Shown here: piece by piece, positions 1 through 13,112 of the stretch
How the letters are laid out: every line of letters starts with the position of its first letter
How positions within the stretch are numbered: the first letter of the stretch is position 1
Origin: Histomonas meleagridis 2922-C6/04-290x
Lineage: Eukaryota; Protista; Parabasalia
DNA: 64,000 bases
Assembly: GCA_020184695.1 (NCBI GenBank)
Contig: JAANOX010000256.1
Coordinates: 302,597 to 366,596 of the forward strand
Reading direction: 5' to 3'
Notes under the pieces: model-generated
Seen by the model: only the letters and a program-made list of their open reading frames with translations
Database searches by the model: none
What the model was told of the DNA's origin: nothing
Program-made: the position numbers and the translations under genes

Positions 1-834
1 AATTTGTACTTTTGTTTTTAATTCGAAAGCCCAAATAAGCATTCTTCCAAGATCGATCATAAAAAAATAAGATAACAAAATTCAGTCAAATTAGTTTCAT
101 TAAATTTGATATATATAATAATTTTTTCTATAAATTTAATTCAGAGGAAAATGAAAAAAAATTAATTTTTTGTTTTAAAACGACCGTTTATTTGGTTGAC
201 AGCGTCAGGCTGGATAATTGATTTTAAATGTGACGTTAAGGAAAATAATAAACCTGTCAATATATTACGGTTTTCGATCCACCTATGATGCAAATAGAAG
301 TAATATGACGATATAAAGCCTCCATTCAATTGATGATCGGTAGGGGTAATGATCTAATAAAATTCAAGAGATACAGAATATGTTTATTTTCTCAGCATGA
401 AAAACTCTGGTCACATTGAATTTGGATAGGACATGGATCGATTTATCTTGATATTTTAAATTATTTTAAGAAATTATAATATACATAATCCCTCTCATGA
501 AATTCCATATAACTTTGTTGATATATACTAGAACTAATGTATGTCATATTTATGTACTATTTTATTTCAAGTCTTGAAAAGGCATGGAGAAAAATGAATT
601 TTCATGATTTTAACATACAATTTTCGACCGTTTATTTATCCTTTTGGATAAGAATTTCGTCGACAAAGACTCGGCATATTTTTGTGAGGAATTATTTGTT
701 ATTCCCAATAAGCATGTTCTCAAGTGCACAAGCATAATCAGTCCTAATTTGGAAATAAATATATAATTTTTATTTTAGTTGATGTTTTGCAAAACTAATT
801 TTCCGGCCATAAGACATGTTATGTGAAAAGAAAA

Positions 835-2031
835 ATGTCGCAGAAAGTTATTGAATTTGAGGTTATTGCAGAACAAGGAAGCGCCAGGTGTGCCAAAATG
901 GGGTTCCATAGACCAAGTGATTTTAATTTCGAAACACCAATTTTTATGCCAGTTGCGACACAAGGATCATTAAAAGGATTAACACCAGATCAAATATTAT
1001 CCCTTCCACACTCACCGCCAATTATCCTCGGAAACACTTACCACCTTGGAACTCGCCCTGGTCCAGAAATGTTTGAAGAAGTTGGTGGTCTTCATAAGTG
1101 GATGAATTGGCCACATGGACTTCTTACAGATAGTGGAGGTTTCCAAATGGTTTCTCTTTCTAAGCTATGCCAAATTACAGAAGAAGGTGTTCAATTTTCA
1201 GCTCCACATGCTTCTGGTTGCGAAATTCTTTTAAAGCCAGAAGATTCGATACATATCCAAAATGCAATTGGTTCTAACATTGCTATGATGCTTGATGATG
1301 TTGTTCCTTCCACATATGTTGGTCCACGTGTCGAGGAAGCAATGCATAGAACAATTCGTTGGCTCGATCGAGCAATTGCTGCTCACAAGCGTCCGCACGA
1401 TCAAGCCTTATTCGCAATTGTGCAAGGAGGTCTTGACCAAGATCGCAGGAGATATTGCGCCACGGAGATGGTGAAGCGGAAAGATTCACTCGGCGGTTTT
1501 GCTATCGGCGGTCTATCGGGCGGTGAAGCCAAAGAAATTTTTTGGCAATCCGTTAAAACGAGTGTTTCTTGTTTGCCAAGGGATATGCCACGATATTGTA
1601 TGGGTGTTGGATATGCAGAAGATATTGCCGTTTGTATTGCGCTTGGAGTTGATATGTTTGATTGTGTTTTCCCAACAAGAACCGCAAGATTTGGAACAGC
1701 ATTAATATGGAGTGGTAGTGATCGAGTATCAAATTGGAAAGGTCAAGAAGAACCAATAGAAAGGGAATGTGGATGTTATGCATGTACACATCTTTCGAGA
1801 GCGGCATTATTCCATATAAGAGATACGCCAATGTGTGGACAATTATTAAGTTTACATAACGTCGAATTCCAAAATAGATTAACATCATATTTCCGCCAGG
1901 GTATTAAAGAAGGAAAATTAGATGAATATGAAAGGAATTTCTTCAGAGCGAGATACCCAAATGGGGACTACCCACAGTGGATCGTTGACGCACTCAGTAG
2001 CGAAGGAATCGATTTATTTCAACAAGATTAA
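835..2031 (+). CDS. QTRT1: Queuine tRNA-ribosyltransferase catalytic subunit (eukaryotic-type TGT)
   Basis: Motifs TPIFMPVATQG, LGNTYHL, DSGGFQ, MMLDD, IVQGG, GGLSGGE, MGVG, DMFDCVFPTRTARFG and the Zn site CGCYAC...H. First ATG is at 835 (the ORF track starts at GTG 823). Confidence 0.95.
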   Translation: MSQKVIEFEVIAEQGSARCAKMGFHRPSDFNFETPIFMPVATQGSLKGLTPDQILSLPHSPPIILGNTYHLGTRPGPEMFEEVGGLHKWMNWPHGLLTDSGGFQMVSLSKLCQITEEGVQFSAPHASGCEILLKPEDSIHIQNAIGSNIAMMLDDVVPSTYVGPRVEEAMHRTIRWLDRAIAAHKRPHDQALFAIVQGGLDQDRRRYCATEMVKRKDSLGGFAIGGLSGGEAKEIFWQSVKTSVSCLPRDMPRYCMGVGYAEDIAVCIALGVDMFDCVFPTRTARFGTALIWSGSDRVSNWKGQEEPIERECGCYACTHLSRAALFHIRDTPMCGQLLSLHNVEFQNRLTSYFRQGIKEGKLDEYERNFFRARYPNGDYPQWIVDALSSEGIDLFQQD

Positions 2032-2310
2032 TTCATCAAAAATAATATAATTTTATGCTTTTATAAAAATTTTATATGAATTTATCTGTTAATGCTATGT
2101 CAATATTACTCGAAATCTTTTTAAAAAAAAAAAACACTTTATTGCAATAAAGACAAATTACTAAATTCAGTAGAAAATTTTGACATTTTGAATTTTAATT
2201 TCAATCAAAACCGATCAAAAGCACTACAATATTTTATATCGTCAGTTTTTGTAAAAACAATTTTCTTAAAAAATATATTTTTTAAATAGAAACAATCTTT
2301 ATCAAAAAAA

Positions 2311-4143
2311 TCAATTATTTGCTGCTGAGAAATCTTCATCCTCTTCGCTTTTTTCTGGTGATGACTCCTGACTTACTCCATCAATTTCATTTTCGTTTTC
2401 ATGTTCTTCTGGATGATGTTGATCAGAATGCGAATTATTTTCTTCGGACAAATCGAATGTCGGGTTCATGCACGAACTTATTTCGATTTTTCCGTCTTCC
2501 ACAAAAACCTCAAAAAAGTAAATATCATTATAATTATGTAATAATGAAGACAAGTCGTCATGGAACAACACATTTTTTGTTTTATAAGCGCATTTTGCGA
2601 AATGCAACAAAGGCACATCAATGTTAGCAGCTGCTGTCTCAGCAAATGATTGTAAAGGCACAGTTTCATCGAATACTATTTTTGGTATTCTCTTAATTTC
2701 ATCAATATTTTCTATTTTATTTATCATATCGCAAACATTTAAAAAATAATAAATGCAAAGAACAGTTGCCTCAGAACAATAATGAATTCCATTTTTGAAA
2801 CATTTTTTAAATTCGTTCACGAAATCATTTGAAATTTTGGAGAAATTATCAATAAAGTTTTGTATCAAATCAAAAGCAATTTCTAAATTCTTTGGAAGGA
2901 ATGTTTCGAATCCTTGAAATATGATAATTTTCTTAATGAATTGTTGGCGCATTAAAAACTGATAATTGTTACGGAACTCGATACTTGAAGGAGATAAAAC
3001 TTCGGTTTCTTTTGATATATATTTTACCAACGAATCTATAGTTTCATAAGCAATTTCAGAACAACGTTTTATCATTAGATTCGGCGAAATTTGATTATCG
3101 ATTTCTCCATAAATTATCTTATAAACTTCTTTTGATATTTCAGCTTTTTTATTTCTTTTTATTGCTTCATAAATATTTTTCATTTCATCATATAATGCGT
3201 TTAATTTATTATCTAAAAAAATTATAAAGTGATAATGTTTCGTTGTATATTGGCTATGGGTTTTTGTGATATTATTACTCATTTGTGCGTCAGTAATTCG
3301 CGTTGCTTTGTCAAGACATTCAATAAGTGTTTTACCAAATGCCCAAATTTGAGTTTCCTTTGGTATTTCATCATCAAGATTCAGCTTAAGATTTGTTGGA
3401 TGAAATGTTGAACAATCATTTTCAGTGGATATCTCTATAAATTTAGTCTTGAGAAAAGGATCAAATTGCGATATCCATTCAGATGCTTCTTGTTCATTCA
3501 TCATTTGCGAACCATAAAGTTTTAGACATTTTATTATACATTCTATGTCTGATTGGGTAGGAATAAGAAGATGTACCATACAGAGAAATTGATACTGTGA
3601 TGGAATCGCAAATAATGGTTCGATATTCAGATTTAATGGTAATGATGTCAATATTGTATTACCTGAAAGTGAAAAATAATAATCAGCTCGATGAAGCTTA
3701 GATTCTAACATGAGATTACTCACTTCAAAATGAAGACGTTTCTGTGTTTCAAGAGGAAGTTGAGGTGTGAGTTTGGAAATGTAATAATGTACAAATGGTT
3801 GTGGAATGAGTTCTTCAATATAAAATGAAATGACTTCAGCAATGATGAATCCAAGATTATGGGATTCTGTTAATGTGTTGGCAAAATCAATAAAACTTGA
3901 AAAATTAATAATCGGATCATTAAGTGGTGGAAACGTTTGACAAATATTATCTATACGATTGCATAAATCAGGAGAATCAAATAGTATATCTTTAAGCGAA
4001 TTTAAAAAAAAAATTGGATTTTGTGGAATTCGTTGAAAGCGCTGTAAAAGATTATAAAATTTATTGTATCGATTCATGTCTTGAGAAAGGTGTTCAGTAA
4101 TATCTTTTACTAATGAATTTAAAACTGGGTTGACTTCATTCAT
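2311..4143 (-). CDS. Hypothetical 610-aa protein, possible N-terminal PAH (Sin3-type)-like helical domain
   Basis: Long intact ORF with an acidic low-complexity tail. The N-terminus RYNKFYNLLQRF...KDILFDSPDL...FPP loosely resembles a PAH domain; that resemblance is weak. Confidence 0.7.
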   Translation of the reverse strand: MNEVNPVLNSLVKDITEHLSQDMNRYNKFYNLLQRFQRIPQNPIFFLNSLKDILFDSPDLCNRIDNICQTFPPLNDPIINFSSFIDFANTLTESHNLGFIIAEVISFYIEELIPQPFVHYYISKLTPQLPLETQKRLHFEVSNLMLESKLHRADYYFSLSGNTILTSLPLNLNIEPLFAIPSQYQFLCMVHLLIPTQSDIECIIKCLKLYGSQMMNEQEASEWISQFDPFLKTKFIEISTENDCSTFHPTNLKLNLDDEIPKETQIWAFGKTLIECLDKATRITDAQMSNNITKTHSQYTTKHYHFIIFLDNKLNALYDEMKNIYEAIKRNKKAEISKEVYKIIYGEIDNQISPNLMIKRCSEIAYETIDSLVKYISKETEVLSPSSIEFRNNYQFLMRQQFIKKIIIFQGFETFLPKNLEIAFDLIQNFIDNFSKISNDFVNEFKKCFKNGIHYCSEATVLCIYYFLNVCDMINKIENIDEIKRIPKIVFDETVPLQSFAETAAANIDVPLLHFAKCAYKTKNVLFHDDLSSLLHNYNDIYFFEVFVEDGKIEISSCMNPTFDLSEENNSHSDQHHPEEHENENEIDGVSQESSPEKSEEDEDFSAANN

Positions 4144-4445
4144 AAATTTGATTGACTCTGTGCCTACGAAATTCTGAAGTTGATACTTATCGTCGAATAA
4201 ACATTGGGAAATAATTGAATGCTTTACAATGAACAGAAAAGTAAAATTTAACGTACAGAACTAATTGATAAATTAATTAAGAAAGTGCATTCTCCAGACA
4301 AATAAAAAGTTCGATGAAATAATTCAAATCATATTTTGCATAATGTAATAAATTTTACAGAAATTTATTCTCTATTCGAATCTTCATAAAATCTATCAAT
4401 GTTTACTCAAATCTTAAAAAAAAAAATAACATATTTAAATTTTTT

Positions 4446-6450
4446 TTATGAATTTTGTTCCTTTGGCATAAGTTTGCAGGGAAAAAGACACTCACCTGCT
4501 CCACAGTCACAATAAAAAATTTCACCTCCGTTTGGAAATATTTGAATTACATCATGTCCTTTGTGAAACACTTTGCACATTTGTTGTAAATAATTCCATA
4601 TGGCTATAAAATCTTACAAGTTTGACAAATGTACATGCTATCATGCTTTACATGTTTATATCCTGTACTCTCAAAAGTACAATGACCTTTCATGAAATTA
4701 TTTTGATTTTCATTAGAATCATAAAAACTATTTCTGGAAATGGTTGATGCATTATTTAATTCTTGTAATGTATATTTAATTCCTTCTTTTTGTTTGAGCT
4801 TATTAAAAACATCAATATCATATCTAGCAGCTGCGAGAATAATTGGTGTTAACCCTTTATTATCTTTAATATTAACATCAGTTCCTTTATGATCAATAAG
4901 CAATTGAGCTATTTCTGAATTATGATTTAATAATGCTAAAATAAGTGCAGTGTGAAATAATTTAATTAAATTCCATATGTTTTTATTAAATATCAAATAA
5001 TAAACATAAATTTCAAGTAAAACAATGAAATATCTTTAGCACTTCCTGACCAAGAAGTAATTCAACAATTTTCGTGTGACCTTTTTCAGATGCACACGTA
5101 AGTGCTGTACAAAATAATTCAAATAATTTTCAAATATTATTTTGAAATACAGAATTATTAAAATATATTTTATCTTTGGCATTGAAATCAATTACTTCTT
5201 GTTCAATAATATATATATATAACAAGTTCAAGGTTATTTGATTTTAAAGAATATAGTAAGATATCTTTTGGAATCTGATTTTTTTGAAGAAAATGTTTAA
5301 TAAGATATAAATTTCCAATTCCAGCTGTATAAATAATGATATTTTCTTCAGTTTTATTTTTCTTCTAAAAAGGATAAAATTTCCTTTTAAAATACAAATA
5401 TTTAATATCATTCACATTTTCTGCTTAATTTCACCATATTCATCAGTATTATTTTCATAAAGATATCATTTTGCTGAAATTCAATTGCTGTTTCTAACGA
5501 TTTCCCATATTTTTGAAAAATTTTTCACATAAATGAATTATTTTTATGTTTCAATCTGTAATTGCATATTTCAATTAATTCTTTGTCTTGGCACCATTTA
5601 TAAGTAAATATTTAAAACATTTAATTGAACCAAAGAATGAAGCATAATCAATTAATGTAACATGATTAATAAATGAACATCTTTCATAAAGTGATGGGTC
5701 AATTGTTTGATTAATATCGTTTGTGATGATATTTCTTGAAGTTTTTCTATTTCATCTTTTCGAATTATTTTTGCAATTTCATTTGGATTATATCCTTTTT
5801 TAATTAACTTCTTATGAAGCTCCCAATCATTCTTTGATAGTTCTTCATAATTTTCTATAAAGAATTGTTTTAAAGGATCATTAGAAAACAGATGCGTACC
5901 AAACATCATATTTCTTTTCGTTTGCATTTCAAGTTCCTGATTTTCTTCTTTTGTTCTATAATGTGAAAAATTTATGTTTCAATGTTTATTGTTATATTTT
6001 TATAAATTAAATTTTGCTTTATCATTTTATCTATTAAATAATATGATTCTTGTGTATTAATATGACTTATATAATTAACAAAAATATCTTTGATATTATT
6101 ATTGTTGTTGTTGTTATTTCTGATTCTTTCTTCTTCTTTTGTTTGAACTTGTTGAATATATTTTATATAAATATTTTTTGTGTCTTTTGTGTTATTTTTG
6201 AAACAAAATGCATTATAAATTATACAGCCATTATCAATTTACAAATTTTAAAACAAAATTTTTATAATTACATTGGAAATTTTATGAATAGCTTCGGATT
6301 TTTACTAGTTTTTTGAAATTTTTCTACATCTTTTGGAAACTTAAAAATAAATTTTCCTTCTTTATAAACCATTCAATTTTGAATATTCAATAACCGTCAC
6401 AAATTTTACAATTAATTTTTAATTGATATCGATTTTTTATAAATTATAAT
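4446..6450 (-). pseudogene. Degenerate DUF3447-like/ankyrin-repeat gene with C-terminal UBR-box-like zinc finger
   Basis: Fragments ENYEELSKNDWELHKK..GYNPNEIAKIIR.DEIEKLQEI and QESYYLI.KMI match the paralog at 45061. Ankyrin modules are present (TALILA...DVNIKDNKGLTP). The C-terminus CTF..TG......YICQTC...HKGHDV...FYCDCG is interrupted by TAG (4604-4606) and a frameshift. Several other indels. The 5' limit is approximate. Confidence 0.8.
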
Positions 6451-6705
6451 GAACATTAATCAATTAAAATTTATTAATATGAAATATTGTTCAAACATTG
6501 TTAGAAGAAATTTAAAAGAATATATTTCATGTAATGATTAACCTTATATAAAAAGCTGAAGTTATAATTTTTAATTACAAAGTTTTCTACAAAAAGAAGT
6601 GTTTATGATTTAAAATGTGAAGTTTCAATGAATCCCTTCCAAGAAAGAGATTATATCATTTGACAAAAACAAAACTTTTAAACATAATATATTTTTATTT
6701 AATAT

Positions 6706-9700
6706 TTATATTTTAGATATATTCATAAAACTATTTCGAGATATATCATAACTAATAAATTTTTGTTTATTTTCGTTGTTAATATAAACAATAAATTTAT
6801 CATATGTACAAATTAATTTAATAATTTTATCAGAAACTTCATATTTAGTGATAAATGTTCCATTAATACTATATAAATATAAATTACTTTTTATTCCAAA
6901 ACACAATATATCCAAACTTTTCATTAAATTCACTTCCATTGACTATTTCTGATATTTCAAATCTTCGTAATGTAAAACCTCGAATGATATCAAATATTAT
7001 TATTTTATTATCTTTAACAATACATCCAATTAAATCATGTTCATTAATCGATATTTTACTATTTAAAGGAATAATATAATTCGAAATTGGATTTATTAAT
7101 TTTGGGATAAAGTTCATATAAATAATATGAAATATATCAATAACTCCAATTTCATTAATAAAGATTAACAAATTGTTCTCAGTACTTAAAACGATTTTAT
7201 CTTTATCAAAAATTATGAAAAATTTGATTATTTTCTTGTTGAAGGAATTTATTTTTATTATTAATAATTTCTTGAATTTTTTGTATTAAATTTTGTTTAT
7301 TAATTATTAAATTAGTAATTTTAATATTAAATTTATTATTTAAAAATTCCATAAAATTTTCATTATTACTTTCAATGAATGAAATATTTTTAGTAATAAT
7401 TTGATTATTATTATTATTATTATTATTATTATCATTTAAAAATCTGAACAATAATAAAATGGATAAATTATTTCTTGTGAACAAAAATGTTTTAAGTTTT
7501 GTAATTTGTTTCGGTTTTGGTAATATTAAATCTTTTTGTTTATTAATAAATGAATGATTATTAAAACCATTTAAATAAATTAAAAATTCAAATGTTGAAA
7601 GAAAATTATTTTTATAATATGTAATTAACTTCTTTGGTTGAAGAAGTTCATTAAATTTGATAAAATTAGAATTAATTTCAATGTTTAAATTAATGGAATG
7701 AATTAAATTATTAATTATATTAATATTATTATCATGAATACAATTTATTATAAATGTATTACTATTAAGAAAATAAAATTGAATGTTATTATCAAATGTA
7801 TTATAATAAATTAATTTAGAAAATGATAATATAAGTAAAGGATGTTGAAAATAATATGAAAAATTAGAAAATCCAAAATTATTTACTATTTCATTAAAGT
7901 TATTATCATTTTGATGTTCATAAAATATCATTTGATTATTATTATTAATTAAATTACTATTAATTAATATTAATAAATATGATTTATATATAAATACAAT
8001 AGAATCAAATTTATATTTTAAATAAAGAAATTTACAATTAAATTGTGAAATTATTTCTCCAAATTCATTATAATTAGAATTAAAACTTAAATATTCGATA
8101 ACTGGATGCGTTTTTATGAATTTTTGTTTATCATAATTAAAATTATAAAATGGTGTTATAACACGTGAAGGCCAAAAAGGTTGTGAAAAATAATAAATTT
8201 CTTGATTTAAAATGTTTTTGTTTTTAATCATTAAATATTTAATATTAACATATTCTTTATATATATTAATTTTTTCTGAATTTCGATAAATTTTTGTAAA
8301 TATTAATTGATTAAATATTTTATATATTTTAGTCGATATAATTTCATAATATTTATCAATTAATTTATTCGATATTATTATAATTTCATTCTTTTTAATA
8401 TTTTCATAATAACTTTTTTGTAAATCCTTAAAATTGTTGAATTGTAAATTTTGTATAAAAATAATTTTTTTGTTTTCTTCTTTTTCTTCATTTATTTTAC
8501 TGATAAAATCATGTACAATTTTGGGTGAGTTTTCAACCCATTCAATCAAATTGTTTTCTTCTGTTTCAATACATTTATTAATAATTTCATAAACTTCATA
8601 TGTAAATTGTCCTATAAAATATGTAGAAAAAATAAATGAATTCGGCCAAAACATTTGAAGTAATTTAATCGTTTTATTATTATCTTCTTGAATTAAAAAT
8701 GGAATAAATTCACTTAAGATTAAAACTATAAATTCATTGTTATTAAATATTTCTTTATTTAAAAAGATATTATTATAATTTATTAAGATTGAAATACAAT
8801 AAATTCGATTCTTTTCTATAACAATTTTACATAAATTATATATAATTTCACGTAATAACTTTAAAATATTATTATTTTCTATATTAATTTCTGTAATTAT
8901 CCTATTAATAAAACTTAATATAGAATTATAAACTTTTGGTAATATTTGTATTAATATATTATTTCGAATATTATATACTAAAAATAGTAAAATTTGTTCA
9001 AATAAATTAATATCATTTTGAATATAATTTTTGTTGTTACATAATGTAAAGAATAATTCAATCGGATAAATACAATATAAATTAATGAATTCTTGTGATT
9101 GAAATGGATAAAAATAAATCACTTCAAATAATATGTCTGGAAATTGTTTTAAATTATTTAATATTAAATATACAACAAATTCTGTATATTTAATTCCATT
9201 TAAATAATTAGTTAATTCATTATAATTTATTTCATTGTTTTCAATAATTTTTAAGTTAAATCTTTTTAATAATTTTTGTATATTATTATAAAAATTAAAT
9301 TTGTTTTTATATTTAGTAATGATTTCTTGTCGTGGAAATTCTTGTATCGTTTTCGATTTCAAAATTATCGTTTTCAAACTTTCATTTAATTCAAATTCAT
9401 TGATAATATTATTAAATTTATCATTTAATAATTTTTGATTAATTAAAATCGTTTCTTTTTCAAAGTTTTTATGTTTCAAATTTAAGATATTTGGTATTAA
9501 TGGACAAAAGATTTCAATGATATTAATGATTTCTTTGTTATTTTTGGAAATAATTTGGCGTATTTTGAATATATTTTTAATAAAAAGTTCAATCGATTCT
9601 TTAGTAATTTGTGATAAATATTCATTGATATTTTTGTTTAGTTTGATTAGAATATATTAAAATTATTAAACTAATAAATATTAATAAAATTATATTTGGT

Positions 9701-12700
9701 AATATATTCGGATATTTAATATTTTTGCTTAGATTAACATTCAATTAAACTATGTTCGTAATTAGATTTAATATCTGTTAATAATGAAAATAATTCATAG
9801 AAATAATGTTTGTTATTAAGAAATTTATAGAGATTTATTAATTTAGGAAAATTAATTTCAATTTTATTCTTTTTGAATCTTATATAATAATTCAAAGATA
9901 TTAAAATTGAAATTTAATGATTTCGTTGTTAATAATTTAATAATTAAATTCGTTTCTGTTAAATTATTCTTAATTGGAAATTCTTTCAAGAAAAATATTT
10001 TTATTTCATTTGTTAAATTTAAATTTTGTACATAAAATATAACAAGAATTAACTTAATTAAATATTTATTATCTTTAAGAAATTCTGTAGTCTTAATTAA
10101 GAATTGAATAATTATAATTCGTTTTTCTTCATTTTCATAAAATTTAATTAATGAAACAAATAATTCAAATGTATCATTAATAAATTCTTTTATTTGTTTG
10201 TTTTGAATAATATTTATATAAATAATTTCACTTAAATATTTTAATAATTCTTTCGAAATATTTTCCCAAAACAAATAATTATATAAAAATGTTTTATATA
10301 ACATTAAATTTTTGGTTAAAATTAAATAATTAATTAATTTGTTTAAATGAATTTCTTTAATAAATTCTTTTTTATCATTTAATATATTTAAAATATTATA
10401 AAATATTTTGTTATTGTTATTATTATTATTATTATTAACTTTCAAATAATTAATTAATGTAGAAAACATTTCTAAAAATTTGTTTTCTTCGTTACAATTT
10501 TTAATCATTTGAATAAATTTATAATTATAATAAGGAAATTGTAAATAATATGAAAATCCATAATAAGGTATAAACAAATTATTCTTTGGTAAATTAATTA
10601 ATGTTGAATCAATGATTAAATAATTTGGTCCTTTCTTATATAAATTTTCTATTTCATTATAATTAGAAATCTCTCGAATATTAAATGATAAAGACCATAA
10701 AATATTATTCGGGATTATTGATCCAAATATAATTTCTTTGATGTTAATTCGTTCATTAATTTGATATGAATTATTATTAACATAAATTTTATTCTTCATA
10801 ATACTTATAAAATACCATTTATTATGATTAATCATGATCGAATTTTGTAAAAATTGAAGTTCTTCATTCTTAATAATTATCGTAAATGTTTTACTTTGAA
10901 AGATTTGAAATTCATTCGTGAAATTTTTCGTAATTTTAAACCAAAATGATATATTTTCTAATTCTTGTTGAAATTTAATTGTAATATGATTTGAATATGG
11001 TAAAAATTCATAAATTGGAAAATGATCTTTTTTAATATCAATTAATTCTTCAAAAATTAATATTTTGTTTTCGAATTAATGTTTTAAGAAATGATTTAGT
11101 AATATAACGATTTGAAATTTGATATAAATTTGGAATATTTTTATTTAATTTAAGATAAATAGGAATAGAATATTTAGAGAAATTAATGATATCAAATTGT
11201 GATGTTATAATTGGAGGATATTTTAACATTGGGATAAATACTGGTAATTGAAGAAAACTTTTCCCAAATATTAACTTTTGATATGTTTTAATATTTAATT
11301 TATATAAAATATGTGTAATATTTAATGAAAGTAATGTTTCATTTAATTTATCTTGAAATGTATTACTTAAAAATGATTTTAATAATTTAAGAATATATTT
11401 CTCTTTGATTAAATTTAATCGTTGTTCAAGAATTAAAAAAATCCATTGATATTTAAAAACTCATTTAAAAAATTATTCGAACTTTTAATTAAATTAATTA
11501 ATAATAAAAATAAATTTTTTGATGAATTATTATTAATCTCATTTAAAAAAATTTGAATGATTCGTGAATTATTATCAAATGTTATAATCGAAAATATTAA
11601 ATTATTATCATCAAAATTTTTATAAGATTTTAATAATTCTAAAAATAATTCTTTACGTTTGTTTTCATAATTTTGATAAAGAATCAAAAAAAGTGCTTGA
11701 AATGATCGATATTTAATTAATATTTGTTCAAATATTTCTTCATTATGATTTAAATCTTCATAAAAATTATAAAGTTGTTGTTGTTGTTTGAAACTTAATT
11801 TAAATTCATTCTTTTCGATTAATTCATTTAATATAATTGATGCTTTTTGAAATAATAAATTACTTTTATATTGATTTAAATATTCGATAAATAAGTCAAT
11901 TGAACTTTCGAATTTTTTATTTGTTAATATTTGAATAATATTTAATATTAATTCTTGAAAATTATTTTCATTAATATTTATTTTTATTAATTATATTTTG
12001 AAGTGGAAATTCTTCTTTAAAGATATTAAATTCAATTTCATTGTTTAATATGAATAAATAAATAGAATAAAATAAATAATATTTTATTAAATTACAATTT
12101 TCTTCTTTAAATATTTCATTATAAACAATTCTTAATATATTATTATTAGGGATTATTTTATTATTAGGAAGTGTTAATAATATAGAAAAATATTTCGATA
12201 ATGAAATATTTGGTGTTACTTTTAAATAATTATAAAAGATATCAAATGTATTATTATGATTGTTATTAAAAAATTCATTAAAAAGTTCTTCTTTAACTTC
12301 AATGATTTTCCTTAAATAAATACTTATAAATATAATCGTGTTCTCAATACAAATTTTTGGTATTGTCACATTTTGTATTAATGTTTTCTTTACAAAATTA
12401 ATAATATAAAATGAATTAGAATTTAAATTATTCGGGAAAATCGATTCTTTCTTAAAAATATCAATAAATATTAAACTTGATTTTAAATATGATTCTTTAA
12501 AGAAAAATATAAAGATAAATTGTTCAATAGATGGATCGAAGAAAAATGATGAAATAAAATTCGGAAATTGAAATACTGTCGAAAAAAATTCTGGAATAAG
12601 TTCTGAAGTACTAAAATCTGGAAATCGTAAAATTACATGAATAACTAAATCAATATAATGTATTGATGAAGGTAATAAATGTGTATGTTTCGCTATAAAT

Positions 12701-12975
12701 ATAAAATCTCGTAAAATTGCATTAATTAGTTGATTATTTGTTGTAAGAATCGTAAAAAAATTTAATGTGGCTTCAAGTAATGAAACTGATAATTGTGCAA
12801 AACGTCGATTAGTTTCAATTAAATCTGGTCGTAAGTTAATAATATTATGAAAGAAAAAAATAGCATCAACTAAATTAGGATCACGATTTTTCCCTGATTT
12901 CGCTTTTGATATTTCATTAAGTTTATTTGTAAATAAATCTATAACCTTTTGCACACCTTCATCTTCTTCATTCAT
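6706..12975 (-). CDS. Large BEACH-family-like protein (LamG-like, PH-like, degenerate BEACH start, WD-like tail), about 2090 codons, broken by 7 single-base frameshifts
   Basis: ORFs 11971-12975, 11433-11687, 9864-10835, 7206-9479, 6884-7171 and 6706-6939 join into one frame with +1/-1 corrections. Stops are at 11971, 11433, 11050, 9864, 9734, 7206 and 6884. LSTFEFLIYLNGFNNHSF resembles the BEACH start (ISNFEYLM.LN...GRSF). SFWF...W.FISI is LamG-like. Confidence 0.65.
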
Positions 12976-13112
12976 TGGAAATTAATCGTTTTAATACTGA
13001 AATGATTTGAATGTTTTATTTAAAAGTGTATTCTTCATTAAAAAAAAAATTAAATTAAATTATAAAAATATATATTTTTATTAAAAAAAAAAAGAAAAGA
13101 TAAAATGATTCA

